Shown piece by piece: positions 42,081 to 52,608 of a stretch of 64,000 bases of DNA; the stretch's first letter is position 1; every line of letters begins with the position of its first letter. Position numbers and translations under genes: made by a program. Source of the DNA: an uncultured Clostridium sp. (lineage in GTDB: Bacteria > Bacillota > Clostridia > TANB77 > CAG-508); contig USFR01000003.1 of assembly GCA_900553945.1 (NCBI GenBank), forward strand, positions 22,568 through 86,567, written 5' to 3'. Under the pieces are notes generated by a model, which was not told where the DNA came from, did no database searches, and saw nothing but the letters and a program-made list of their open reading frames with translations.

Positions 42081-42367
42081 AAATCAAAATATTTAATTGA
42101 GATGTTAAAATGAAGAAAGTTTTTGCTTTCTTTTTCGCTACGTTTTTTTCAGTTAAATAGCTTATATATTTTTTCATTTTTTGCACCCTGGTTATAATAT
42201 TATAAAACAATTTATAATGCAAGAGTTTTTTTACTTTTTATTTTTAACGATTGGCAAAAACTTTGAAAGAGTAAGAATATAAAGATTTCAAAAAATAAAA
42301 TTATATTATTGATATCTTTTTTTCTATATGTTATAATCCAAATAGATTTATACAAAGGAGTAAACAA

Positions 42368-42703
42368 ATGACAGGGTTTCTTGTGATTGTTTTTATGCTT
42401 CTTCTTATAATTGTTATGTTGATTGCATTAGCCGTATGTCAAATAAAAATGGCTGGAATGAATGTAAAAGACTTTTGGACTTTTATTAAAGCTAATGAGA
42501 CTTTAAACAAATTATATGCGTTTTCGAAGAAGTATGAGAAGTTAACAACAAATGAACAATTAGTTTTTTTGCGTGAGGCTGAGAGAGTGTTTGATGCTTT
42601 TGATAAGGTTCCTAATGTGTTATGGGAAGAGGATTATCAGAAGTATATGGAGGTCTTGTCGAAGTATAAGGATATTAGATTGGTTAGATGGGAGAAAAGT
42701 TAA
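42368..42703 (+). CDS. Hypothetical small membrane protein
   Basis: 111 aa. N-terminal TM helix. RBS AAAGGAG. Confidence 0.5.
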   Translation: MTGFLVIVFMLLLIIVMLIALAVCQIKMAGMNVKDFWTFIKANETLNKLYAFSKKYEKLTTNEQLVFLREAERVFDAFDKVPNVLWEEDYQKYMEVLSKYKDIRLVRWEKS

Positions 42704-42725
42704 TCTTTTCTCTTTTTTGTTGTAT

Positions 42726-42899
42726 AGAAAGAAGATGATATATAAAATTTTTGAATTACCGCGCAGGGAACAAACGAACGAAGTGAGTTCGTTTGAAGCA
42801 TTCTACCCGTTTTGAAAATAGAAATAGTAAATTTTTATTTTCAAATTCCGAAGAATGCGACAGCAAGGTGTGAAAAAATTTTATATATCATCTTCTTTA
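42726..42899. mobile_element. MITE-like element, copy A (~174 bp, 26-bp terminal inverted repeats)
   Basis: TIRs AAAGAAGATGATATATAAAATTTTT / AAAAATTTTATATATCATCTTCTTT. Internal ~135 bp is ~85-90% identical to the reverse complement of copy B (52609-52783). Internal palindrome TTGAAAATA...TATTTTCAA. Confidence 0.6.
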
Positions 42900-42990
42900 A
42901 TAAAATTAAAAAAAGTTAAAAAATTTGTAGCATGATTATATATAATATGATAGAATGTGAAAAGTATATTAAGATAGGAGTTGTAAAAAA

Positions 42991-43686
42991 ATGTATAAAA
43001 GAGTTCTTTTAAAATTAAGTGGTGAAGCTATGGCAGGAGAACAAAAAACAGGAATTAATGCAAATGTGGTAGACGATATTTGTTCAAAGGTTGTAAAACT
43101 TGTTGAAATGGGAATACAAGTTGGTATTGTTACAGGAGGAGGTAATTTCTGGAGAGGAAAAAATGGTTATAAAATGGAAAGAGTTACTTCTGATTATATG
43201 GGAATGCTTGCTACGATTATGAATTCTTTGGCTATAAAAGATGCTTTAGAGGCAAAAGGTGTGAAGGCTGTTGTACAAACATCAATGACTATGGTTCAAG
43301 TTGCAGATACTTTTACAAAAAGAGATGCAGAAAGATGTTTTAATGAAGGAGCTGTTGTTATATTTGGAGGAGGTACAGGACTTCCATACTTTTCAACTGA
43401 TTCAGCTGCTGCATTGAGAGCTGCTGAAATAGGTGCAGATGTAATTCTTGTTGCTAAAACAATTGATGGAGTTTATTCAGCAGATCCTAAAATTGATCCT
43501 AATGCTATTAAATATACAGAAATTACATATGATGAAGTTTTAAATAAAGATTTAAAGGTTATGGATGCTTCAGCTATTGCTGTTTGCAGAGATAACAATA
43601 TTCCTTTATTTGTTTTTGCCCTACAAGATACAGAAAATATTGTAAGAGCTGCAAAGGGTGAAAATATAGGAACAATAGTAAAATAA
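42991..43686 (+). CDS. pyrH: UMP kinase
   Basis: 231 aa. [14 protein letters not shown] motifs. Confidence 0.95.
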   Translation: MYKRVLLKLSGEAMAGEQKTGINANVVDDICSKVVKLVEMGIQVGIVTGGGNFWRGKNGYKMERVTSDYMGMLATIMNSLAIKDALEAKGVKAVVQTSMTMVQVADTFTKRDAERCFNEGAVVIFGGGTGLPYFSTDSAAALRAAEIGADVILVAKTIDGVYSADPKIDPNAIKYTEITYDEVLNKDLKVMDASAIAVCRDNNIPLFVFALQDTENIVRAAKGENIGTIVK

Positions 43687-43702
43687 AAAGGAGAGAAAAA
43701 AT

Positions 43703-44251
43703 ATGGAATTTGACAAATTAGAAGAAAGAATGAATAAAACATTAAGTGTTTTAGAAGAGAATTTTTCAGAAATAAGAGCTGGTAGAGCTAACCCAGCAAT
43801 ATTAAATAAAATTACAGTTGAGTACTATGGTGTTCCTACACCAATAAATCAAGTTGCTGGTATTTCAGTTCCAGAAGCTAGATTAATTGTTATTCAACCT
43901 TGGGATGTTAGTGTTTTAAAAGAGATTGAAAGAGCTATTCTTGCATCAGATATAGGGTTGAATCCAAATAATGATGGTAAAGTAATTCGTTTATCTTTCC
44001 CAGAATTAACAGAAGAAAGAAGAAAAGAATTAGTTAAAGATATTAAGAAAATTGCTGAAGAATCAAAGGTTGCAATAAGAGCAATAAGAAGAGATGGAAT
44101 TGATGAAGCAAAAGCTATGGAGAAAGAATCTTTAATGACGGAAGATGAATTAAAGAAAGCTGAAGATCAAATTCAAAAATTAACAGATAAGAAAATTACT
44201 GAAATAGACGTTATTACAGAAAAGAAAGAAAAAGAAATAATGTCAATCTAA
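43703..44251 (+). CDS. frr: Ribosome recycling factor
   Basis: 182 aa. Conserved RRF sequence ([14 protein letters not shown]...EERRKELVK). Confidence 0.95.
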   Translation: MEFDKLEERMNKTLSVLEENFSEIRAGRANPAILNKITVEYYGVPTPINQVAGISVPEARLIVIQPWDVSVLKEIERAILASDIGLNPNNDGKVIRLSFPELTEERRKELVKDIKKIAEESKVAIRAIRRDGIDEAKAMEKESLMTEDELKKAEDQIQKLTDKKITEIDVITEKKEKEIMSI

Positions 44252-44254
44252 TTT

Positions 44255-44983
44255 TTGAAGGGAATGAATATTATAATGGAAGAAAATAATATACCTACTC
44301 ATGTGGCTATTATTATGGATGGCAATAGAAGATGGGCAAGGAAAAGAAATATCGATTATAGATTAGGACATAAAGAGGGTGCTAAAACTTTAGAGAAGAT
44401 TGTAAGATATGCCAAAAAAGTTGGAATAAAATATATTACTGTATATGCTTTTTCTACAGAAAATTGGAAAAGAACTAGTGAAGAAGTAAGTGCATTAATG
44501 TTGCTTTTGAAAACATATCTTGATGATTATGGAAAAAGAGCTGATACAGAAAATATAAAGGTTAAGGTTTTAGGTGATATATTAGCATTAACACCTGGAT
44601 TGCAAAAAAGTATTAAAAAATGCGAAGAAAGAACTAAAGATAATGATGGAATTTATTTTTCTATTTGTATTAACTATGGTGGTAGAGATGAAATAGTGCA
44701 CGCTGTAAAAAAAATTGCACAAGATGTTAAAGATGGAAAAATAGGAATAGATGACATTAATGAAAAATTAATGAATAATTATTTATATACAAAGGAAATT
44801 CCAGATCCTGATTTAATTATTAGGACTAGTGGTGAATTAAGAACCAGTGGTTTTCTAACATGGCAATCTGTTTATTCTGAGTATTTGTTTATGGATAAAT
44901 ATTGGCCTGATTTTTCTGAAGATGATATTGATTTTGCAATAAAAGAATATCAGAAGAGAAATAGAAAGTTTGGAGCAAAATAG
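44255..44983 (+). CDS. uppS: Isoprenyl transferase (undecaprenyl diphosphate synthase)
   Basis: HVAIIMDGNRRWA, SGELRTSGFLTWQS motifs. Start is uncertain: TTG 44255, ATG 44264 or ATG 44276. Confidence 0.9.
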   Translation: MKGMNIIMEENNIPTHVAIIMDGNRRWARKRNIDYRLGHKEGAKTLEKIVRYAKKVGIKYITVYAFSTENWKRTSEEVSALMLLLKTYLDDYGKRADTENIKVKVLGDILALTPGLQKSIKKCEERTKDNDGIYFSICINYGGRDEIVHAVKKIAQDVKDGKIGIDDINEKLMNNYLYTKEIPDPDLIIRTSGELRTSGFLTWQSVYSEYLFMDKYWPDFSEDDIDFAIKEYQKRNRKFGAK

Positions 44984-45821
44984 TTTAAATAGGAGAAATA
45001 ATATGATTAAAAGGTCCGTGACTACAATTATCGGATTACCTGCAGTTTTGGTAATTTTGATTTTTGGTAATAAATATATATTAGATGTTATTATGGCAAT
45101 TTTAGCTATTATGGGAATATATGAATATATGAAGTGTGTTGCTCATAAATTTAATCCTGTTTATTGGATAGGATATGTGGCAGCAGCGAGTATTACATTA
45201 TTACATATTATTCCAAGCAATTATCTAATAGAATATCTAGCAATAGCGATACTTTCATTGATAGCTGTTTTATTTATGCATGTTGTGTTTACTGACATGA
45301 AAACTAATGCAGCAGATATTGCTATAACGCTATTTGGAATTTTATATATTGTTGGATTTTTCTCATTTGTAGCTTTATTATATGGATATGAAAGTAATGG
45401 TAGAAGTTTAGGAAAGTTTTATATAGCATATTTATTCTTAGCAACTTGGGGTAGTGATGTTTTTGCATATTTGATAGGTGTGAAATTTGGAAAACACAGA
45501 TTTAGTAAGATTAGTCCAAAGAAATCTATTGAAGGATGTATTGCTGGAACAGTTAGTGGTGTGCTTTTAGTTGTTCTTGCTACTGTAATATTTAATAATT
45601 TTTTCGATTTCAATGTAAATTATGTATTAATAACTATTATAGGATTGATTATTACTGTTCTTGGTCAAATAGGTGATTTCTCAGCATCTTGCATAAAAAG
45701 ATATGCAGAAGTTAAAGATTTTTCTAATTTGTTGCCGGGACATGGTGGAATTATAGATAGATTTGATAGTGTTATTTTTGCAGCACCATTTGCGTATTAT
45801 TTAATAACATTATTAATTTAG
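44970..45821 (+). CDS. cdsA: Phosphatidate cytidylyltransferase
   Basis: C-terminal signature KRYAEVKDFSNLLPGHGGIIDRFDS. Multi-TM. Confidence 0.9.
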   Translation: MEQNSLNRRNNMIKRSVTTIIGLPAVLVILIFGNKYILDVIMAILAIMGIYEYMKCVAHKFNPVYWIGYVAAASITLLHIIPSNYLIEYLAIAILSLIAVLFMHVVFTDMKTNAADIAITLFGILYIVGFFSFVALLYGYESNGRSLGKFYIAYLFLATWGSDVFAYLIGVKFGKHRFSKISPKKSIEGCIAGTVSGVLLVVLATVIFNNFFDFNVNYVLITIIGLIITVLGQIGDFSASCIKRYAEVKDFSNLLPGHGGIIDRFDSVIFAAPFAYYLITLLI

Positions 45822-45831
45822 GAGGCGCTAA

Positions 45832-47088
45832 TTGCTTACATTTTTATTAAATGCAATAAAAATTATATTTGTACTAGGTTTTCTTGTTTTAATTCATGAA
45901 GGTGGTCATTTCTTAGTTGCAAAATTTTTTAAGGTTAAAGTAAATGAATTTTCTATTGGATTTGGTAAACAACTTTTTTCTAAAAAGAAAGGTGAGACTG
46001 TATATTCAATTAGAATGATACCTTTAGGTGGTTTTGTAAGTATGCTTGGTGAAGAGGAGAGATCAGATGATGAAAGATCTTTCTCAAAACAATCAATTCC
46101 TAAAAGAATTGCTATTGTTGCAGCAGGTGGAATTGTAAATATTGCTTTTGGTATATTGATTTATTTCCTTGTTATGCTTTCAATTGGAAATTTTGCATCT
46201 AAAAATATAGATACTGTTAATGATGGATATGATGCAAAGCAAGCTGGAATATTGCCAGGAGATGAAATTGTTTCAATAAATGATAAACATGTTTTTATTA
46301 CTAAAGATGTGACAACACTTTTAGCTAAAAATGCATCTAATCCGTTGAAGGTAAAGGTTAAAAGAGATAATGAAATTAAAGAGTTTGTAGTAAATCCAAC
46401 CGAGATAAAAACAAGAACATTAGGAGTTTATTTAGATACAGAAAGTGAAAACAGTACTAAAATTTCTTATATGTTTGATAAATCACCTGTAAAAAATATA
46501 TTACAAGTTGGTGATATCATATTAGAAATAAATGGTGAGAATGTAGAAAATGATTATGAAAAATTGACTAGCGTTTTGAACAAAACTGAGGGTGAAGTTT
46601 CTATTAAAATAAAAAGAGGAGAAAGTGAAGAAAAAGTTAATATTACTCCTCAAGATTATTTTAATTATTATTTAGGTGTTACTTTTAAAGTTGCAGATAA
46701 GAAATTTTCAACAAGACTTTATTACGCATGGTTTGAAACAGGAAATTTTGTTATATCATTAGCTGATAATGTTAAAACTATGTTTACAGGTAGAGTGTCT
46801 GTTGACCAAATGATGGGACCAATCGGAATTTCTAAAACAGTTGCATCAACTAAAGGATTTGCTGATTTTATATATTTGATGGCATTGATTTCATTATCAT
46901 TAGGTATAACAAACTTATTGCCGTTTCCAGCTCTTGATGGTGGGAAAATCTTAATTCTTTTAATTGAAGCGATTAGGAGAAAGCCACTTAAAGAAAGTGT
47001 TGAGATTGGCATTCAGATGGTAGGATTTTCACTATTAATTTTGTTATCAATTTATATTTCTTATTTTGATATATTAAGATTTTTCTAA
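45832..47088 (+). CDS. rseP: RIP metalloprotease RseP/YluC
   Basis: HEGGHFLVAK zinc motif, PDZ domain, LDGG motif. TTG start with RBS AGGAGG. Confidence 0.9.
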   Translation: MLTFLLNAIKIIFVLGFLVLIHEGGHFLVAKFFKVKVNEFSIGFGKQLFSKKKGETVYSIRMIPLGGFVSMLGEEERSDDERSFSKQSIPKRIAIVAAGGIVNIAFGILIYFLVMLSIGNFASKNIDTVNDGYDAKQAGILPGDEIVSINDKHVFITKDVTTLLAKNASNPLKVKVKRDNEIKEFVVNPTEIKTRTLGVYLDTESENSTKISYMFDKSPVKNILQVGDIILEINGENVENDYEKLTSVLNKTEGEVSIKIKRGESEEKVNITPQDYFNYYLGVTFKVADKKFSTRLYYAWFETGNFVISLADNVKTMFTGRVSVDQMMGPIGISKTVASTKGFADFIYLMALISLSLGITNLLPFPALDGGKILILLIEAIRRKPLKESVEIGIQMVGFSLLILLSIYISYFDILRFF

Positions 47089-47127
47089 ATGTACAATTAG
47101 ATAAAAACTTTATTTTATATATAGGAA

Positions 47128-47212
47128 ATCTTTTTGAAATTTCTATTATATAAAATAACAATACACAGAAATTTGCTTTGCAAATTTCACACGCGAACAA
47201 AGAGGTTGAGCA
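47128..47212 (+). repeat. Intergenic repeat family copy 2
   Basis: GAAATTTCTATTATATAAAATAACAATACACAGAAATTTGCTTTGCAAATTTCACACGCGAACAAAGAGG. Contains the perfect 19-bp palindrome AAATTTGC-TTT-GCAAATTT. Extended similarity (~130 bp) to copy 4. Confidence 0.6.
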
Positions 47213-47295
47213 TAAAGAAGTTAAAATAAGTGCAAATGTTCTAAATAGTCCGCTTTGTTCTAAAAGCGGTTGTCGTAGAAAGGAATGAAGTAATA

Positions 47296-47850
47296 ATGAA
47301 GTGTAGAGTATGTGGTGCAGAGTTAAAAAAGGATGGAGAATTGTGTAATAATTGCTTAAATAGACTTCAACAAGAAGAAGCAATTAGAGGCGATAAAACG
47401 CCAGTTTATGGATTTAAGAGTACTTTTATTTTGGGTTACGAACTTTTAAGACATTGTGAACAAATTGGTATTGTAATTTTTATGATTGCTTTAATATTGT
47501 CAGTAGATTTATCATATTGGAAGTATGCTGTTATAATAGGATGTGCGTTTGCAATATTCGGAATTTTATATTTATTTTATGATAAATTTTCAATTAATTC
47601 TGTTTCATGTACAATTTACAGAACTAAATTGATATATACAACTGGAAGAATAAGAAAGAAAGTTAAGGTTATACCATTTTCTGAGATTGAAGAAATTTTT
47701 TATAATCAAGGAAATGCTCAAAAGTTATTTAATGTTGGTACGATTCTTATAAAAAGAAAAACTATGAATATTTTTGAAAAAAATATTTTTGTAGAATCTG
47801 TAAAAAATGTTGAAGATGTTTTTGGAAAAATAAAGGAAGTTTTTAAATAA
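47296..47850 (+). CDS. Membrane protein with N-terminal zinc ribbon and bacterial PH-like (YdbS/YdbT-type) domain
   Basis: 184 aa. CRVCG...CNNC ribbon, two TM helices, C-terminal bPH-like region. Confidence 0.5.
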   Translation: MKCRVCGAELKKDGELCNNCLNRLQQEEAIRGDKTPVYGFKSTFILGYELLRHCEQIGIVIFMIALILSVDLSYWKYAVIIGCAFAIFGILYLFYDKFSINSVSCTIYRTKLIYTTGRIRKKVKVIPFSEIEEIFYNQGNAQKLFNVGTILIKRKTMNIFEKNIFVESVKNVEDVFGKIKEVFK

Positions 47851-47864
47851 GGTAGGCGTAATAA

Positions 47865-50800
47865 ATGCAGAAAGTTAAAGATATATTTAGTGATTATTCA
47901 AATAGACAAGATAATATATGTGAGGCTGATTTTTTGAAAGCAAACTTGTATAAGAAAAGTAATAGGCTAGAAGTATGTTTAACAAGTTCAAATAAAATTT
48001 CTATAGGTGAAGTTTCTAATTTTGAAGACTATATTGTAGATAGATTTAAGGTCGGAAGTGCTAGAATTGAGATTCAATATCAAGATATTGATGTTGAGCC
48101 AACTATTGAAAATGATTGGCAAAATCTTGTTACATATATGTCAAGAAAAGAGCCAATGACAAGAGCTATACTTAGAAACAGTACTGTTAATATTGAAGGC
48201 AGTACTGTTTGTGTTGATTTAAAAATTAAAGGTGCTGATTTTTTGTGCTCAAAGAAATTTGATAAAGGATTAGAGCACCTTATTTATAATTTATATAATA
48301 AAAGATTTAAAGTTAATTTTCAAGAAAATCCTCAGAAGAGTAAAGAGGAATATGATAAATATTTGAAAGCTCAGGAACATGAAGCTATTATGCACTTACA
48401 AGAGATGGCAAGAAAAGAGGCTGAGGAAAAGGCAAATGCTCCTGTAGTTTCTGTTTCACCTGAAGGAGAAGTTTCACAAGAAGAAAGGCATATAGATGTT
48501 GAACAATCTAATGGATTAATTATTGGGAAAGTATCTACTTTTAGAAGTAAATTTGTTTCTATTTCAGATATAAATGATAGTACAACAAAGGTAAATGTTG
48601 AAGGTGAAATAATAAATGTTACAACTAGAGAAATAAAAAATAATAGAACTATTATTAGTTTTAGTATTGATGATGGGAATGCAAGCATTACTTGTAAGTC
48701 TTTTGTTGATACAAATTTGGTTCAAGGAATATTGGAGCATTTAAAAGAAGGTCAAGGTGTAAAGGTTGACGGAAATGCTAAGTTTGATGATTATGCAAAT
48801 GAAATAACAATAATGGCTAATAATGTTGTTATTTCTGGTTTTAAATTGTCTGGAAAAGGTGGAGAAGCATCTGATGCTAAAGAAGAAACAGCACAAGATG
48901 AGCAAAGTCCTCTAATTTATGGTAGAAGCCTTACAATAAAAGCTCCGAAAACAAAGATTATTGATATAAATAATGATACAGATAGAGTGTGTTTGGAAGG
49001 TGAAGTTATAAGTACAGATACTAGAGATATAAAGGGAGATAGAACAATTTTAATGTTCAATTTATATGATGGTACAAGTACTATGACAATGAAAGCTTTT
49101 ATCGAAACTAAGAAAACTAAAGAAGTTTTAGGAAGATTGAAAAAAGCAAAAGGAATAAAGCTTGAAGGTGTGGCTAAATATGATAATTTTGCAAAAGAGA
49201 TTACTGTTATGGCAAATACAATTTTAGAAACTTCTGGTGTTGCAAAGACAAAAAGAATGGATACTTCTGAAGAGAAGAGAGTAGAGTTACACATGCACAC
49301 CAAAATGAGTCAAATGGATGCTGTAACTTCAGCTGAAGATCTTTTGAAAAGGGCAATTAGTTGGGGATGGAAATCTATTGCAATTACTGATCACGGTGTT
49401 GTTCAAAGTTTTCCAGAAGCACATAAATTTTTGGGAAAAACTGGTGCGGATATAAAAGTTATTTATGGGGTTGAAGCATATTTCGTACCAGATAAAGATC
49501 CAAGTGTTGTTTATCCTAGAAAACAAGATATTGATGGAGAATATTGTGTTCTTGATTTGGAAACAACAGGGTTGTCATTTAGAACAGAAAAAATTACTGA
49601 GGTTGGAATAATAAAAATAAGAAATGGAGAGGTTATTGACGAATTTGAATGTTTTGTAAATCCTGAAAAGCCTATTCCCCAAGAAGTTGTAGAGGTTACT
49701 CATATTACAGATGATATGGTAAAAGATGCTGAAACAATTGACAAAGTTATTCCAAAGATAATTGATTTTATAGGTGATAGTGTATTAGTTGCACATAATG
49801 CTGACTTTGATATAGGATTTTTAAAACATAATTTTGCGGAGTATGGATATAGTTTGGATAATACATATATTGATACTTTGAGATTAGCTAAAGTTATATT
49901 CCCAGATATGAAGAGATATAAATTAGGCTTGATTGCAGATAAATTGGATATTGTTGTTGAGGTTGCCCATCGTGCTCTTGATGATGTAAAAACTTTGGTT
50001 GCAGTATTTAATGTAATGATTCAAAAACTAAAAGAAAATGGGGCCAAAACAGTTGATGATATAGATAATGTTATACAAGGTGATCCAGAAGCTTACAAAA
50101 AGCTTCCATCATATCATGCTATTATTTTGGCTAAAGATTATGTAGGTTTGAAAAACTTGTATAAGCTTATATCATATTCACATTTGAATTATTTTTATAA
50201 AAAGCCTCGTATTTTAAAAAGTATGTTTGAAAAGTATAGAGAAGGATTGATTTTAGGAAGTGCTTGTGAGGCTGGTGAATTGTATAGAGCGATTGTTGCG
50301 GGTAGACCAGAAGAAGAGATAGAAGCTATTGCTAAATATTATGATTATCTTGAAATTCAACCAATTGGAAACAATGAGTACATGGTTAGAAATGGTACTG
50401 TTGCAGATGATTTCGAACTTCAAAATATAAATAGAAAAATTGTAGAATTAGGTGAAAAACTAAACAAATTAGTTGTCGCAACTTGTGATGTTCATTTTAT
50501 GGATCCACAAGATGAGATTTATAGACGTATATTACAAGCTGGTCAAAAGTATGATGATGCTGATTTTCAAGCTCCATTATATTTACGTACAACACAAGAA
50601 ATGCTTGATGAATTTGCATATTTAGGTGAAGAGAAAGCATATGAAGTTGTTGTAACAAATACAAATAAAATTGCAGATTTGTGTGATAAAATTAGTCCAA
50701 TTTCTGATGAGAAATGTCCACCTCATATTGAAGGATGTGAGCAAACAATTAAAGATATTGCATATAGTAAAGCTCATGAGTTGTATGGTGATCCATTACC

Positions 50801-52601
50801 AGAGATTGTACAAAATAGATTGGATAAAGAACTGGATTCAATCATTAGAAACGGATTTTCCGTTATGTATATTATTGCTCAAAAACTTGTATGGAAATCT
50901 AATGAAGATGGCTATATTGTTGGTTCCAGAGGATCAGTTGGTTCTTCGTTTGTTGCTAACATGACAGGTATAACAGAAGTTAATTCATTACAAGCACATT
51001 ATAGATGTCCAAATTGTAAATATTCAGATTTTAGTGATTATGGTGTTAAAAACGGATTTGATTTACCTGATAAGGATTGCCCAAAATGTGGACATAAACT
51101 TGCAAAGGATGGTATGGATATTCCATTTGAAACATTTCTTGGATTTAATGGAGATAAAGAGCCTGATATTGACTTGAATTTCTCTGGTGAATATCAAGCA
51201 AAAGCTCATAAATATACAGAAGTAATATTTGGAAAAGGTACAACATTTAAAGCAGGTACAGTAGGTACAGTTGCTGATAAAACTGCTTTTGGCTATGTGA
51301 AAAATTATTATGAAGAAAGACACATACCTGTTACAAATGCTGAGATTGCAAGACTTTCAACAGGTTGTACAGGAATAAAGAGAACAACAGGACAGCACCC
51401 TGGTGGTATTATAGTTGTGCCAAAGGGAAGAGAGATATTTGAATTTTGTCCCGTTCAGCATCCAGCAGATGATCCAACATCAGATATAATAACAACACAT
51501 TTTGATTATCACTCAATTGATCAAAACTTGTTGAAACTTGATATACTAGGTCATGATGATCCTACAATGATTCGTATGCTGTTTGATTTAACTGGAATAG
51601 ATCCAACTAAGGTTCCACTAGATGATAAAGAGACGATGTCAATTTTTAAATCTACTGAAGCATTAGGAGTAACTCCAGAGCAAATACATTCAGAAGTCGG
51701 AACATTTGGTATTCCTGAGTTTGGAACTAAATTTGTAAGAGGAATGCTTGTCGATACAAAGCCAACTACTTTTGCCGAGTTAATAAGTATTTCTGGATTA
51801 TCACATGGTACAGATGTATGGTTAAATAATGCTCAAGAATTAATAGATAAAGGAATAGTAACTTTAAGTGAAGCTATTGGTTGTAGAGATGATATTATGG
51901 TATATTTAATGAAAATGGGATTAGAGCCAAATCATGCGTTTAAAATAATGGAAACTGTTCGTAAAGGTAAAGCTTTGAAAGATCCTGCAAAATGGGCAGA
52001 ATATGTTCAAATGATGAAAGATCATGATGTTCCAGATTGGTACATAAAGTCTTGTGAAAAAATAAAATACATGTTTCCTAAGGCTCATGCTGCTGCGTAT
52101 GTTACAAATGCTTTTAGAATTGCTTGGTTTAAGGTTCATCAACCAGAAGCATACTATACAGCGTTTTTCTCAATTAGAGCTGATGGTTTTGACTATGACA
52201 TAATGTGTCATGGTAAAGAAAAATTGTTAAATAAAATGCGTGAAATAGATATGGCTGGTAACGCTGCTCTTCCAAAGGATAAAGATATGTATCCTGTTCT
52301 TGAGCTTGTTCTTGAGATGTATGAAAGAGGTATTAAGTTTTTGCCTGTTGATTTGTATGAGTCAGATGCTACTAAGTTTAAAATGGAGCCAGAGGGTATT
52401 AGACCTCCTTTAAATAGTGTTCCTGGTCTTGGGACTGTTGCTGCTCTTAGTATTCAAGCTGCTCGTGAGGAAGAGAAGTTTATGTGTATTGATGATTTGC
52501 AGATGAGGGGCAAGGTCGGTAAGTCTGTTATTGAGGTTCTTTCTAAAGCGGGATGCTTGGAGGGGATGACGCAGAGCAACCAAATGTCGTTATTCGCTTA
52601 A
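47865..52601 (+). CDS. polC: DNA polymerase III PolC-type
   Basis: 1578 aa. PHP domain, DEDDh 3'-5' exonuclease (VLDLETTG...HNADFD...HRALDD), zinc-finger CPNC...CPKCG, polymerase core. It is ~130-150 aa longer than typical PolC because of an internally duplicated OB-like segment. Confidence 0.95.
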   Translation: MQKVKDIFSDYSNRQDNICEADFLKANLYKKSNRLEVCLTSSNKISIGEVSNFEDYIVDRFKVGSARIEIQYQDIDVEPTIENDWQNLVTYMSRKEPMTRAILRNSTVNIEGSTVCVDLKIKGADFLCSKKFDKGLEHLIYNLYNKRFKVNFQENPQKSKEEYDKYLKAQEHEAIMHLQEMARKEAEEKANAPVVSVSPEGEVSQEERHIDVEQSNGLIIGKVSTFRSKFVSISDINDSTTKVNVEGEIINVTTREIKNNRTIISFSIDDGNASITCKSFVDTNLVQGILEHLKEGQGVKVDGNAKFDDYANEITIMANNVVISGFKLSGKGGEASDAKEETAQDEQSPLIYGRSLTIKAPKTKIIDINNDTDRVCLEGEVISTDTRDIKGDRTILMFNLYDGTSTMTMKAFIETKKTKEVLGRLKKAKGIKLEGVAKYDNFAKEITVMANTILETSGVAKTKRMDTSEEKRVELHMHTKMSQMDAVTSAEDLLKRAISWGWKSIAITDHGVVQSFPEAHKFLGKTGADIKVIYGVEAYFVPDKDPSVVYPRKQDIDGEYCVLDLETTGLSFRTEKITEVGIIKIRNGEVIDEFECFVNPEKPIPQEVVEVTHITDDMVKDAETIDKVIPKIIDFIGDSVLVAHNADFDIGFLKHNFAEYGYSLDNTYIDTLRLAKVIFPDMKRYKLGLIADKLDIVVEVAHRALDDVKTLVAVFNVMIQKLKENGAKTVDDIDNVIQGDPEAYKKLPSYHAIILAKDYVGLKNLYKLISYSHLNYFYKKPRILKSMFEKYREGLILGSACEAGELYRAIVAGRPEEEIEAIAKYYDYLEIQPIGNNEYMVRNGTVADDFELQNINRKIVELGEKLNKLVVATCDVHFMDPQDEIYRRILQAGQKYDDADFQAPLYLRTTQEMLDEFAYLGEEKAYEVVVTNTNKIADLCDKISPISDEKCPPHIEGCEQTIKDIAYSKAHELYGDPLPEIVQNRLDKELDSIIRNGFSVMYIIAQKLVWKSNEDGYIVGSRGSVGSSFVANMTGITEVNSLQAHYRCPNCKYSDFSDYGVKNGFDLPDKDCPKCGHKLAKDGMDIPFETFLGFNGDKEPDIDLNFSGEYQAKAHKYTEVIFGKGTTFKAGTVGTVADKTAFGYVKNYYEERHIPVTNAEIARLSTGCTGIKRTTGQHPGGIIVVPKGREIFEFCPVQHPADDPTSDIITTHFDYHSIDQNLLKLDILGHDDPTMIRMLFDLTGIDPTKVPLDDKETMSIFKSTEALGVTPEQIHSEVGTFGIPEFGTKFVRGMLVDTKPTTFAELISISGLSHGTDVWLNNAQELIDKGIVTLSEAIGCRDDIMVYLMKMGLEPNHAFKIMETVRKGKALKDPAKWAEYVQMMKDHDVPDWYIKSCEKIKYMFPKAHAAAYVTNAFRIAWFKVHQPEAYYTAFFSIRADGFDYDIMCHGKEKLLNKMREIDMAGNAALPKDKDMYPVLELVLEMYERGIKFLPVDLYESDATKFKMEPEGIRPPLNSVPGLGTVAALSIQAAREEEKFMCIDDLQMRGKVGKSVIEVLSKAGCLEGMTQSNQMSLFA

Positions 52602-52608
52602 ATTCTAC

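Noticed and set aside
42573-42815. 80-aa + strand ORF overlapping the end of the small membrane gene and MITE copy A
   Set aside because: It is out of frame with the supported gene and runs into repeat sequence. No RBS.
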